From Octopus bimaculoides (lineage: Eukaryota): a stretch of 64,000 bases of DNA. Within the stretch, counting starts at the first letter, position 1, and each line of letters starts with the position of its first letter. Made by a program: the position numbers and the translations under genes. This document shows, one piece after another, positions 38,140 to 51,217 of this stretch. The stretch spans positions 57,862,786 through 57,926,785 of the forward strand of contig NC_068990.1 of NCBI RefSeq assembly GCF_001194135.2, written 5' to 3'. Under the pieces are notes generated by a model, which did not search any database, had not been told where the DNA came from, and saw only the letters and a program-made list of their open reading frames with translations.

Positions 38140-38600
38140 CATATATGTGTGCCTGCATGTGTGCCTGCATGTGCGCCTGCATGTGTGCCTCTATATGTGT
38201 ATATAAGTTTATATGAAAACACACCAATTCACGCTCACAAACACATACATATATGTGTATATATGTATACATATATATACACACACATATACACACATAT
38301 ATATATACATATATATATGTGTGTTTATGTATGCATATATATATATGTATGTGTGTGTATATATTATATGTATACATATATATATGCATGTATATATATG
38401 TATATATGTATGTGAGTGTATGTGTTTGTATATATATGCATATATATATATATATAACACACACACATATATATATACATNNNNNNNNNNATATACACGC
38501 ACATATATATAGACACACATACACATAAATATATATATACAAACACACACATATATATAATATATATACACAAACACAAACGCCCAGATACATACATATA
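38140..38600. repeat. 12-bp minisatellite (ATGTGTGCCTGC x about 4) followed by degenerate TA/TG/CA repeat
   Basis: Direct reading. Confidence 0.85.
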
Positions 38601-40232
38601 TTGTGTTAACTTAACTAATTTCAGCCAGTCAGCCGTGGCCATGCTTCAGCAGCTGTAAAATTCCATTTACTAATGGTAAATATGCTCACTTGAAAGAAAT
38701 CATTATTTCAGATATCCGATACTGTCCACTTGAATCGAATGATTATATTTCAGAAAATATTCTTAAAACTATAATACCTGCAAACATGATGAATTGGTTA
38801 TATTAGCTAGCTTTCTTACCTTCGATTGTTTCTATAGCAACTCTAGTTCTTGTGAACGTGTTAATTTCTTCAACATTCTTTCGCAATTCTTTGTAATAAT
38901 ATCAATCATAAATAAGTATTGTCTTCAAATGGCTCGAAAAGTCATTATAGTCGCAGATTTATCGACTGAAGCTGAAATTAATGAAACTGCAGGATTTCAA
39001 GCAATTGAGGGCCTAAACAATGGAAGGTCTACACCAAATTTAGCTCTGCAACTAATTTACCTAACCTTAGCTTTCACTCTATGAAGATCCATTCAAAATA
39101 ATGGGTCATTAAAATACGCTAAATCTTTGCGTAATTACTGTATGCGTCATTTTAGTTTATCTCTCCTTTATTTTCGTTATTCTGGAGTAAAGGTAAGCTA
39201 TAATACACTGTTTTCATTCAAAGTAATATGTATTGGTTCATCTAGTTATCATTTACTTAAGACAGATCTAAAATAAATCAATCATCTTTATAATCACTCG
39301 AAATTTCTGTCTATTTATTAGTTATTTCCTGTTATTCTTTTCTTTACTACTTTACTCTAATCACAAGCTCTTATTTTGCCGGCTTTTGTTCGAGTAAAGC
39401 CTTTCACTTGCCTTGTCTTAAGGTTTGCAACAGTTCAAACAAGGCATGACATGTAAAACTTTAACCACATTTGAGTTCTTCCGTCTTTCAAAACAGCAGT
39501 CATAGCGCTGTCTAGTTTATATTAAGTAATTGCGATTTTGTAGTTAATAAAGAGTGAGATTATAAAGGAAGCGATGAGTAAATGAAAGGAAAAACAAAAG
39601 AGATGAAAATGAATTCGATGGTTGCTTAGGAGATCAAAGCAACAAGAATCAATCTGACAGGAAATATTAATTACTTGTTGACAATTGATGACACTGTAAT
39701 AACATTCATGTTCGAATTCATTTTAGTTCGACATAAAAATAAAGTAAAAGTCATCTGCTCTCTTAAAGACGTGAAGTAGAGGAGTATTTGTACTACTATT
39801 ATATATAATGCTTTAGCCCATAAAATTAATAATTGTTTTACCATATTCTGTGAATTACCTTTTGAGTATTGTGTATGTTAATTGCACACAATAATGGAGA
39901 GTTTCAGAAGCAACAATTTTAGAGCATTTATATTGATCCCTGTGGATTTTGATTTTCTAATTTGCTTAGGTCGTCTTTTCTGATCATTATTACAGAGAGG
40001 GGCGAGACATTTCGTACTAGTAATTTATAGAAGTTATTCACTCGACTAAAACAAAATGATTCCCCCAACCCCGCTAAAAACAAAGGAATATGAGTCTATG
40101 TATGAAAAAACTAGTAATTACCAAGGCAAAACATAGAAATATTTTAGTAAATTTGTTAATGTATGTAGACAAATTGTTTATAGTTAATCTCGATATTGAG
40201 CTCTAGTCCAAAGAAATCATACACCAAGTCTC

Positions 40233-40353
40233 ATTTGGGAGATTTGCGTTCTATTTCTAACAAAATTCAGTAACAACGTACAAGCTTACAAGCAGCATTC
40301 TTAAAGGACTGTAACTTAGAATGAAACTTAAGGGATATTTTTTGCGTGCATGT
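40233..40353 (+). repeat. Paralog of 35853-36212 lacking the SINE (empty site)
   Basis: ATTTGGGAGATTTGCGTTCTATTTCTAACAAA..AAGCTTACAAGCAGCATTCTTAAAGGACTGTAAC..TTTGCGTGCATGT, with a single copy of the TSD sequence. Confidence 0.9.
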
Positions 40354-40853
40354 AGGATATTTTTTGCATGCGGACTATGTAGGAATCGTAAAGTTCGTAA
40401 CCTTTTCAATATTGCTAATACATTTAAAGTCTTGTTATTTCATTTGCATTTACACATTTTATGGTTATATATAACTTATCGACGAAAAAGCTTATTCCTT
40501 TTTTAGTTATGAGGTGTAGTACCTATGACCTTTTAAAGGGTCACGACTAACACACTATTTTAAGTGCAATGCATTTCTTCTGTTTCGTAAAAAATATCGT
40601 TTTGTTTTTTAACTTTATTTATTTATTTATTTCAAGATGACAGAGTGTGATTTGAGAGGGATGATCCTGTTGGTTTCTTTCTAACCGAAAGAATACTAAC
40701 AATTAGATTGGCCTCATACACGCTACTTCGTGGATACGAAATAAAAAAAAAACCTCCTATTTTCCTTTTATATGAGCAGTCGAACAAATGAGGAAACAAA
40801 ACAAGAAACTTAAAGGGCTTCTAATTTTGAGTACCGTACACATTTTAGGTATG

Positions 40854-40902
<49 letters not shown>

Positions 40903-42629
40903 CTTTATACATACACATACATACATTAGTATCTGGTAACCATATTTTTAACCAAGCATGTCTAATCTGAATCTGTTAGTGGGTGGCTATTAAATCATAT
41001 ACACTAATCCTGAAGATCTATAAGGTATAGTAGCCAGTATATCTTGTTGATTCTATTAACAAGGAAAGGATGGTGCCGTTATATGTTTAATATAGAAGCC
41101 GATTCTACGTCAAATTGCATGATATTATGTTAAAAATAACAATGAAAATTTTAATAGATTCTCATATTCGCAATGTCTGAAAAAATGTGACACAAAGTCA
41201 TGGTTTAAATACCTTTAATGCTGAGATGGAGAAAATATAACAAGAATAAGACACACCGGATGATTTATTTAGCATGAAGACAGAGAACAAGCAATAAATA
41301 ACCATTTCACAAAAATTATATGGCAATTTACGTCACAGTTACTACCTACATCAACGATTGTGCTTCACAGTGCAATAGATATAATACATTGAGATCAGCT
41401 AAATGTTGAATACGCGTATTTCAGAAAGTGCTTAAATCTGTGAACTTTCCTTGTGATGATTAAATAGTGACTAGACGATGTAGCTTAATTATACTGGTGA
41501 CAAAACATAAATTTAAATTAAAATCAAATTATGATATAAAAGAAAACTCGTATTTAAAGCAAAACAATCTGCACATTGTTAACTGTCAACAGTTAACAAA
41601 ACAACTGTAAGTAGATACTCTTGAAAATCATTTTCTGTTAATATAATCTTCTTCGCTCAGTACACATTCAAATATATCTATAACTGGCAAGCTTAACTTC
41701 AGCGGAGTGGGTTATACGTAATGAATTAACACTGCATTTCGTTACGCTAACGCCTACCATACGAGCACCAACAATTTGACCTCTTTGAAAGTCCGATAGA
41801 TCTGTTATTTTAATGAATTTCAATTACCTGTTTCTGTTGACGTCTGAAAAAAAACAGGAATTTTAGTAAAACACATTAAGCAGCACTAATAATAAATCAC
41901 AAAACATAAGAATAAACAAGCTTTTGAGATTTTATAGATATTTCAAGATTATGATGCTATGATGCTAGGTGTTTCCATTATTTTGTTCAACCTTTGTTCC
42001 ACTTCCTCCCTCTACCACTCCTCTCTGCTCACATGTGACTTGTGATCACTTATCTCTTTCTCACTCCAGCCAGCATAAACGCGAGACGAAGCTACTATCT
42101 CTCCGTCCAGCTTCGTCATATCACTAGCGTTCAATATCCTATCGCGTTTGGCCCTACGGCTTTTTAATATTGTTTTCACTGTCCAATTTTTCCTGTCTTG
42201 GTTTGTGTTTGCTACCTTGGAATCCCTTGTTTAGTGGGTTAATCCGCTACTCAGGAAGAAACTATTCTAAGAGTGCGTCCTGCCCTATCTTCGAAACGCG
42301 TAGTTTTAGAATAGAGGCAGCTGATAAAGGAAAATTCCATAAGTGGCTTGTTTGTTTTCCTGTGTTCGTTCTGTTGGCTGTAAACAAAGTCCGTTTTGTT
42401 TTTATGTTCCCGTTCATTTTTCTAATGTCCTGTACCCGAATATGCATCTATATATACATGTAGATGTAGGTATACATGCATATGCTTATATATAATTTGT
42501 TTTATATATACGCACACACACACACACATATATATGAAACTGTCTTTGAAGAGAATTAGCATTATATTTTAAGATTTACTTAAAATCTTTAGGAAAGTAT
42601 TTTATATACATTTATATATACATTCATTT

Positions 42630-42854
42630 ACTTTCTTTTATTCTTTTACTTGCTCCAATCATTTGGCTGCAGTCATGCTGAAGCACCACCTTTAGTTGAA
42701 CCAATCAACCCCAGGACTTATACTCTGTAAGCCTTGTACGTATTCAATCGGTCTCTTTTTACCGAACCGCTAAGTTACGGGGACGTAAACACACCAGCAC
42801 AGGTTGTCAAGCGATGGTGGGGTGACAAACAGACACAAATAACAAATACATACA

Positions 42855-42908
<54 letters not shown>

Positions 42909-43060
42909 TACGACGGGCTTCTTTCAGTTTCCCTCTACCAAATCCACTCAGAAAGCATTGGTTAACACGAGACTATAGTAGAATACACTTGCCCAAGGTG
43001 CCGCGCAGTTGGACTGAACCCAGAAACAGGTGGCTAGGAAGCAAGCTTTTACCACACACA
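42630..43060 (-). mobile_element. SINE family B, full-length, internal (TA)n
   Basis: Both halves closely match 54303-54695 in reverse. Confidence 0.9.
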
Positions 43061-43076
43061 CACTCATATATATATA

Positions 43077-43198
<122 letters not shown>

Positions 43199-43655
43199 GA
43201 TAGATGTAGTGTAATGTACATATTATATCAGTGATAAGGCTGCAGGACTGCGACGAAATTGCTTGACAGACAGTTCAATGAAATTTATTGAAATTAAATA
43301 TAACACACTCTGGTTGTTTCAAATGCTGTGTTGACAGATATCATGCTAAACTTGAAGAGAATATCGACCGAGATCAATGAAATCAACTATTTAGTTACTG
43401 TGTGTGTGTGAGATTCCGACTGACAGATCTAGTTATTCATTAATATATTATGTAGATTCCGATTTCGTTCCTGATATGGTCAAACTTAGTCTTTTTCGCA
43501 ATGTATGTTAGTGAGCATCTTGCGCGCATGCTTATCACGTATATATATGAATATATATATATATATATATATATTCAAAGAGAGAGGGAGATAGAGAGAG
43601 AGAGACAGAGAAAGAAAGAGACCTACCTAAGTAAATACACAGACATATATATATG

Positions 43656-43689
<34 letters not shown>

Positions 43690-44521
43690 TCGCACATGGA
43701 TGCAAGCTAACTGACTGATGGTGTTTCACCGGTGTTAACCGCACACACACATAGTGTAAGACACTAAGTATATATTTACACATAAGATTCTCTAAAATCT
43801 CATTCATAATCACTGTTACATGTGTCACCACCGTAAGTAATATATACGAATCAGTAACCGAGATAACAAAGCTGTCGCACAGAGCTGGTGAAACTACAGG
43901 GGAGTGGGGAGAGAAAGCATTCAACAAATCGATCAATAAGGAAGTGAACTACAACCAGTGCATTTGTATTCACTGTCGACAAAACATACACATGCAGAGG
44001 AGTATATACAAAATGTAAGTATGCATATATATATATATATGGATACACACACAGACACACTTATATTATACAAGTGTGTATATATATATATATATTCCCA
44101 ATTTGTGTGTATGCACTAATATACGGTTTATATATATTTATAAGCACGTATATACTTAAACAAGAATGTTGTTGACAATGTCTTCGGAGTTTCGGCTAGC
44201 TAAGGCATGCCAGTATTTAAATCTTTATGTGTATGCTTCGACGCGAATTTCATAAAGAATATATATATATATATNNNNNNNNNNNNNNNNNNNNNNNNNN
44301 NNNNNNNNNNNNNNNNNNNNNNNNNNNNNNNNNNNNNNNNNNNNNNNNNNNNNNNNNNNNNNNNNNNNNNNNNNNNNNNNNNNNNNNNNNNNNNNNNNNN
44401 NNNNNNNNNNNNNNNNNNNNNNNNNNNNNNNNNNNNNNNNNNNNNNNNNNNNNNNNNNNNNNNNNNNNNNNNNGGTGGTGTCGATCAAAAGGGATCAGAT
44501 AGATAGATAGATAGATAGATG

Positions 44522-44589
<68 letters not shown>

Positions 44590-46439
44590 TACACGTATGA
44601 CTTTTTGTTTTTCTCATACATATTTGCATGCGCACATGTCCATACACATGCACATCCATAAATATATTTTCGTTGCACAAAATGCATAAATTATGTTCAA
44701 CACACATTGTAAAGTATAATTATGTATACACTGCAGTTGCCATGTCCTTCTAATTACATACACATTCCAATTGGCAACATATTTAGAGTCAGAATAACTT
44801 AAATATTTTTCCGCTATAAATAAACAAATTAATGGCTATAAACATTCTGTTAGAGACTTAATAAAAAATATTCTTTATAGTCGTTTAGAGAATACATTAG
44901 CGATTTCCTGTATACATTAAACCAGTGTATCTTCAAGACTTCAGTAACTGAAACATATACAGACAAGCCAGTAAACGTCAGAGCCCATACTATGCACAAC
45001 CATTCGCCAACCCAAATCATCATAAAAATAATGTAGTAATAATCATAAAATGTACAATTCGCAACAAGTATAATACAAGAAGTAACGAAGAGAGAACCGC
45101 AGGGGCAGAATTAAAAATAAAATATGAATAGCCATGACTTTAGTCTATTCATAAAATTGTATCAATTTTTGAAGTTGAATCAAAATATTAGAAAATTTTA
45201 TTTGTAAATAGTTAACTTTCTTGACGCAACATATAACTTAAACACTTATAAGTACTGTCCCTTTCGAGAACCAAATGGTAAAACAACATACGTAAACAAT
45301 GGTTTTACAATGAACCTGCATTTATAAAACATCTGAAAGAGAATATTAGTAGAGGAATAGTAAATATATTATCTCGTATGGAAATATCTAATACATTGCA
45401 GATTTATCACGGTCTGTATTCACGGATAAAATGAAGTATATCAACCAAACTGAACACAAATAAAAATATGGCTGCTGGAAAGCAGCTGAATTGTTGCATG
45501 CTAAAAACACATACGTTAAATCCTTCGTGTATAATATAGTGAGTTGAAAATCATCATTTATCTAAGGTTTTCTCTCCAATCAGTTGACGAAATGTCTCTT
45601 TCGGCTTGTTTAACAATCTGAATTCGTAACAAGTAAAGTATAGAAGTTCAATAAAATCAGACAGTCAAATATCTTGGAAAACAAAATATGAAGTATATAG
45701 CAGATTTTTTTTCCTTTTAGTTGACAGGTGAAATCAATCGACACTATTTGATTTTATTGCTCTAACAAGTTGCTTTTAAATACAAGATTACTTACTATCA
45801 GCATCATCTTCCTTTTCCTATGGTTTTATCGGATTTTAAATGCTATTAAAGAGATGTTTTGTTTACTAATTACATGTATAATCTCAATTAACCAGAGAGT
45901 TTTTAACTCACTATATGCATATATGAGACTCTGCTGTTTACAAAGTAAAAAAAAAAAAACCACCTATCAAATACTGAAACAGATTGATCACTCCATTTGT
46001 GTAAATTTATCTTCAAAAACTGTAAGGAGTGTTTTGACACTGTTAAGGGAGCATTTCTGCATTTCACACAGATATCGAGATCTATTTAAGAATAATTCTG
46101 TGAAAACCAAACTACCGTTGCTTAGTCAATAAACGCCGTCAAACTACTAAGATACTACACATTACAAGAACATGTATACGGCAGCAGAAACACAGGGTTA
46201 CCATTTTAAGGGACAGTTACAGTTAAGTGGCCTGGGGCAGTTTAAAATTAAGTGTTTTGCTCCAGAACACGTCTCACTCTCAGGTTTAGGACACACACAC
46301 GCACACATATACGCGTATGTATATATGATGGTGCAATGGGAAAAGGGGCAAAACTCAGATCAAAGACTGGTACAACCGCTTCAAACATGACCGTACTACA
46401 GTGGAGATCGAGGCATGCTCAGACATGCCAAATACAAGC

Positions 46440-46580
46440 CGAAATGGGGAGCCAATTGAGACGTTTCGATGAATATTCATGGAAGACCGTCATGTAACAA
46501 TCCAGGGAACTGCTCACGAGGTGGAGATAAGCACAGGATCAGTGCATTCTATTTTAACGGAGGATTTGTTCATGCGTTCG
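46440..46580 (+). mobile_element. Mariner transposase fragment (second HTH region)
   Basis: Translates as MEDRHVTIQGTAHEVEISTGSVHSILTEDLFMR, matching the mariner EDRR.T..E.A..V.IS.GSV.SIL.EDL.MR pattern. Confidence 0.75.
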
Positions 46581-48690
46581 TTATGAACATCTTTGGATCT
46601 TCACAGTAACTTTTGTTATATCGTAACAAATCTCACATAATTTCAAATACAAAAAAATTAATAAAATGTTTAATGATATCTTAATTTATTCAAATTTGAA
46701 ATTTTTGATTAAAAAATACAATGTCTGATAAAACAATTCCTTTTTTTGTTGTTTTTGTCCTTTGAACGAATCATACCACGCTATATAGTGTAATACAACA
46801 TTTCAGTTTAATCCTTTAGGTAAACGAACGGACTGTAAAGAAGTACTTCTATTTGTAGCATTATAAATTTCTTGCTTTAGTATCCAAGTGTAAATCCACC
46901 CGCCCAACTAAAAAAGAAAAAAGAATATTGATATTAGAAGATTGCATATGTTTCGCAAATTAGCTTTATTGAGAATTTTCTAAATTTATGTACTTTTAGT
47001 ATTTACAGAACTAATTTACCAAAATTAGCAAAATCTTGTATCTAGCCCTAAAGATAACTGTAGACAAATAAGTTCAATACATTTATAAGATCCAGTTCTC
47101 AAGAAAATATCATATATTCTTCTTCCAACAGTGATATTACAAACATTGCTTTCAAACAAACTTTTGAACAGAATATACCATAATAGTTCTTTTCTGCTGA
47201 GTATAGAATCAACAAAAGTCTAATTTCGTTATTAGATAATTGGATTAATATGTTTCTATTTTATCTCTTCATATTTTGTCTATATATCCATGGGCTGGTG
47301 TTAAAAATTAGGAATATTTGAGGAAAATCTTTCCCAGACACAAACCGAATGTATGATAAGTATAGGATTAAATAAGGAGATGGTAAAATGATGTATACGA
47401 ACGATAAAAGAGTTAACTGAAGAAAGAAAATCTGATTACTTGAAAATGTTTGGCTAAGTTAGTAATTGCACAAACAGATGAGGCACTTTGTTCAATCGAT
47501 TCTCTGGTTCGGATCAATATCATGTATAAAACGTAATATGGCAGTTTGATAAATTGATAAGACGCTAATAAAAAGAGCATAGGACATTCAATATTCTGTA
47601 TTTACCAGAAAGACACTGACAATATATGTCTAGCGGGATGGAGATTTTAGACAATACAATGACAGAAAACGAAGATACCAGTGAAAGATTGTCACCTTGT
47701 TGAAAACACGAGGAAAATGCAAGTGAAAAAATTAAAGGATAATTACATTACAGGAGGTAATAAATGAAAGAGGTGTTACAGAAGATCAAGACGATTGGGA
47801 ACAAGACTTTACGTTTAAACACATCTTAAAAAGGTATGCGATTGAAACAGTATATATATATATATATATATAGATATATATANNNNNNNNNNNNNNNNNN
47901 NNNNNNNNNNNNNNNNNNNNNNNNNNNNNNNNNNNNNNNNNNNNNNNNNNNNNNNNNNNNNNNNNNNNNNNNNNNNNNNNNNNNNNNNNNNNNNNNNNNN
48001 NNNNNNNNNNNNNNNNNNNNNNNNNNNNNNNNNNNNNNNNNNNNNNNNNNNNNNNNNNNNNNNNNNNNNNNNNNNNNNNNNNNNNNNNNNNNNNNNNNNN
48101 NNNNNNNNNNNNNNNNNNNNNNNNNNNNNNNNNNNNNNNNNNNNNNNNNNNNNNNNNNNNNNNNNNNNNNNNNNNNNNNNNNNNNNNNNNNNNNNNNNNN
48201 NNNNNNNNNNNNNNNNNNNNNNNNNNNNNNNNNNNNNNNNNNNNNNNNNNNNNNNNNNNNNNNNNNNNNNNNNNNNNNNNNNNNNNNNNNNNNNNNNNNN
48301 NNNNNNNNNNNNNNNNNNNNNNNNNNNNNNNNNNNNNNNNNNNNNNNNNNNNNNNNNNNNNNNNNNNNNNNNNNNNNNNNNNNNNNNNNNNNNNNNNNNN
48401 NNNNNNNNNNNNNNNNNNNNNNNNNNNNNNNNNNNNNNNNNNNNNNNNNNNNNNNNNNNNNNNNNNNNNNNNNNNNNNNNNNNNNNNNNNNNNNNNNNNN
48501 NNNNATCATAAATATACAGGGATTAGCAGGAGCTGCTTCTCCAACATACTGAGAATTCAGAAATAGCAGTCAAAGAACTACTGATTCCAAACTACAAATT
48601 TTCTCTCTAACGGATGGCGATATTTATGGCACACACAGAACAAAAAACAGAAGAGAAGAGTAAAAACAAACCTGCCTTTAGTTAATTGGG

Positions 48691-48740
48691 TACGACGTTT
48701 CACGGTTAAGGGTATGAAGTTACCCAATTCCAATCTTCAG
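48691..48740 (-). ncRNA. Degenerate minimal hammerhead-like motif
   Basis: Minus strand reads CTGAAGA...GAAACGTCGTA with an internal GGGTA/TACCC stem. Stem I is poorly paired. Confidence 0.4.
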
Positions 48741-48948
48741 CCTCGATATTCGAATAAATTTGCAAGTGTCTAATAACTCATGTGAATTTTGACCATGCGA
48801 CATCAAGACCACGTGAAGCAGACACTAAGAAATTTATCGGCTAGTGATTATAAATGGTTTTACCGATAAAGGATTTTCATACTGAGCTACTCGGCAAAAT
48901 TGTTAATTATTAATTTTATTACTAATTGACGATTCCCTGCCCTATATA

Positions 48949-48983
<35 letters not shown>

Positions 48984-49097
48984 TTCACTTTTCCATTAAG
49001 GTAAGATCAACTACAAAAATTTCTACATCCGATGGGAGATAAATATTGTTTAATGTACAGATATGAGCTACTGATAGTTACATATACTGAAGATATT

Positions 49098-49308
49098 CTT
49101 TTCTACTCTAGGCACAAGGCCCGAAATTTTGGGAGAGGGGCTAGTCGATCAGATCGACTCCAGTACGCAACTGGTACTTAATTTATCGTCCCTGAAGGGA
49201 TGAAAGGCAAAGTCGACGTCGGCGGAATTTGAACTCAGAATGTAAAGACCGACGAAATACCGCTAAACATTTCGCCCGGTGTGCTATCGTTTCTGCCAAC
49301 TCGCCACC
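49098..49308 (-). mobile_element. SINE family A, full-length, 20-bp TSD
   Basis: TTAC(A/T)TATA(C/T)TGAAGATATT at 49078-49097 and 49309-49328. Confidence 0.92.
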
Positions 49309-49353
49309 TTACTTATATTGAAGATATTATCTCGGTGAGTTTTAATATCGCAG

Positions 49354-49443
49354 CTAGTGTCTCCAAGCAGTCTTAGGGCTGTGAGCACTTGGCAATTAAA
49401 AGTTAAAAAGTTAGGACAATAGAGCAAGAGAAATCATGAGAAA
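49354..49443 (+). mobile_element. Inverted partial copy of the adjacent Penelope-like ORF
   Basis: CTAGTGTCTCCAAGCAG..AAATCATGAGAAA matches the reverse complement of 50171-50259. Confidence 0.75.
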
Positions 49444-49589
49444 AAAAACGAGAGGATGCAAATGTAGGAGGTGAAAGAAACTGAAAAAAGGAAAACGAAT
49501 TCGAGTTATGTCCCCTTTAACCGTAAAGTCATAAAGCTAGTGGATATAGAATGAACAGAAGGGGTCTGAACTCTGCAATACAGATGCTG

Positions 49590-50260
49590 AATCCGGAGAA
49601 GGTGGTGTTCTCCAATTCGCCTAACGAAATTTGTTTGCATTTGCCTGATCTGGAATTCTGCAGTCCGGTGAAACTCTCAAATCTAGAAAGGGTATGTGAT
49701 CTTTCAGCGACGCATAACCTGCATTTTTTTAGATCCATTAACATATGTTACTGAATTTCCTATGATTTTCCTCTTGAATGTATGCGCCGTGGTGTTAGTT
49801 TTTAAGCCCCATACGTGACTAGCGAACTTAGCTTTACTTTTGTTCCTGTGCCGGACAGAAGATAGGTGGCTAGCATAGCGTCTTTTGAAGTTGCCTTCAC
49901 ATAACCCGATGTAATTCTTCTTTTCAATTAGGTTATCATGTAGCATTGCTATCACTTCTGCCTCATATACGACGAAGTTTATCATGCACGTTTGGTGAAG
50001 TGGGCAAGCTACAGAACCTCGATAGTTACACTTGCAGTAGGCACTTAGTGGTGTTTACGAGTAATGACGCTTCTCATACTGGAGCAGCAGCTATACGATA
50101 ATGTGATTGAGCGTCTGTTAAAGATCATTCTGCACTTGTGATTTTCTAGGAAATGCTTATCTAAAAGAGATTTCTCATGATTTTTCTTGTTCTAGTGTCC
50201 TCATTTTTAGCTTGTATAGGCCACGTGCTCAGAGCCCGCAGATTGCTTGGAGACACTAGG
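49590..50260 (-). mobile_element. Penelope-like element remnant: linker, Cys motif and GIY-YIG endonuclease
   Basis: TRTRKI; LLDKHFLENHKCRMIFNRRSITLSYSC; CKCNYRGSVACPLHQTC; VVYEAEV..NYIGLCEGNFKRRYASHLSS; FASHVWGLK; KKCRLCVAER. Confidence 0.92.
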
Positions 50261-50340
50261 CGATTTATTAGAACCTGCCTAGAAAACATATTCACTGTGT
50301 GAAACTATTAATAGCTCATAAGTATATGCCGTGTCCATTA

Positions 50341-50396
<56 letters not shown>

Positions 50397-51150
50397 AGGT
50401 TTACTTTGGTTTTTATTTCTTGGCGATTGATATTGAGCATTTGAACATATCAGTAATATACTGAGATCGTTTTCATCAACGGACGGCTGGCTCACCGAAA
50501 CCTTCTTTTAGAAAGACAGTATCAGTAAGAAACCATTTTGAGATGGTAATAATATTCAGAGGTAAGAAAAGTATGAAAGCATGTAGGAAAGCATGTAAGT
50601 GATAAAAACGCCCCTAAATAGGGTGAAATGTATAAAGGGTTCATTTATGGTTGACGCACTTTCGCTATAAACTATTACTGAAAATGAATACGAAGACTAA
50701 CAGTGATTAGTCACTAAAACGAACTGTGAGTTATAGTAAACGACTGACAGCAGCAATATAAATACAAAGCTTCATAAAATCGCTTGTAATAACAAATGTT
50801 GAAATGTTGGGATAACAACTAAAGTTTGCTCAGCAATCTCAACAAACAATAACATGGAAATCAATGCTAATAATATCGGAGGAAACGGAATCGTTATTAA
50901 CAATAATAGTTTAATGATAATAATCTTTATTATTGATACAAAGGGGACAGATGAGAAGACATTTCGGGAACATGTTACAAATATGTGCTGGGGTTTACAT
51001 AGAAATAAAACGAAACGAAATATAACAAAACAAAACAAAAAATGCAACTTAATTTACACATATGAGACAGTACTAAAGATTGGAATGTTGGTATGGTGAC
51101 GATAGCGGACTAGTAGAATGGGTGAAAATAGGGAACATATAGAAAAATAC

Positions 51151-51151
<1 letters not shown>

Positions 51152-51216
<65 letters not shown>
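51152..51216. repeat. (AAT)n array, 5' flank of the Dong-like LINE
   Basis: Direct reading. Confidence 0.97.

Positions 51217-51217
<1 letters not shown>

Noticed and set aside
38926-39084. MARK...DLST...GLNNGRSTPNLALQL, faintly like a Tc1 transposase N-terminal HTH
   Set aside because: The similarity is too weak, with no TIRs or catalytic region nearby.
47300-47810. Purine-rich stretch that might be a very old LINE fragment
   Set aside because: Stops occur in all frames and I could not identify any motif.
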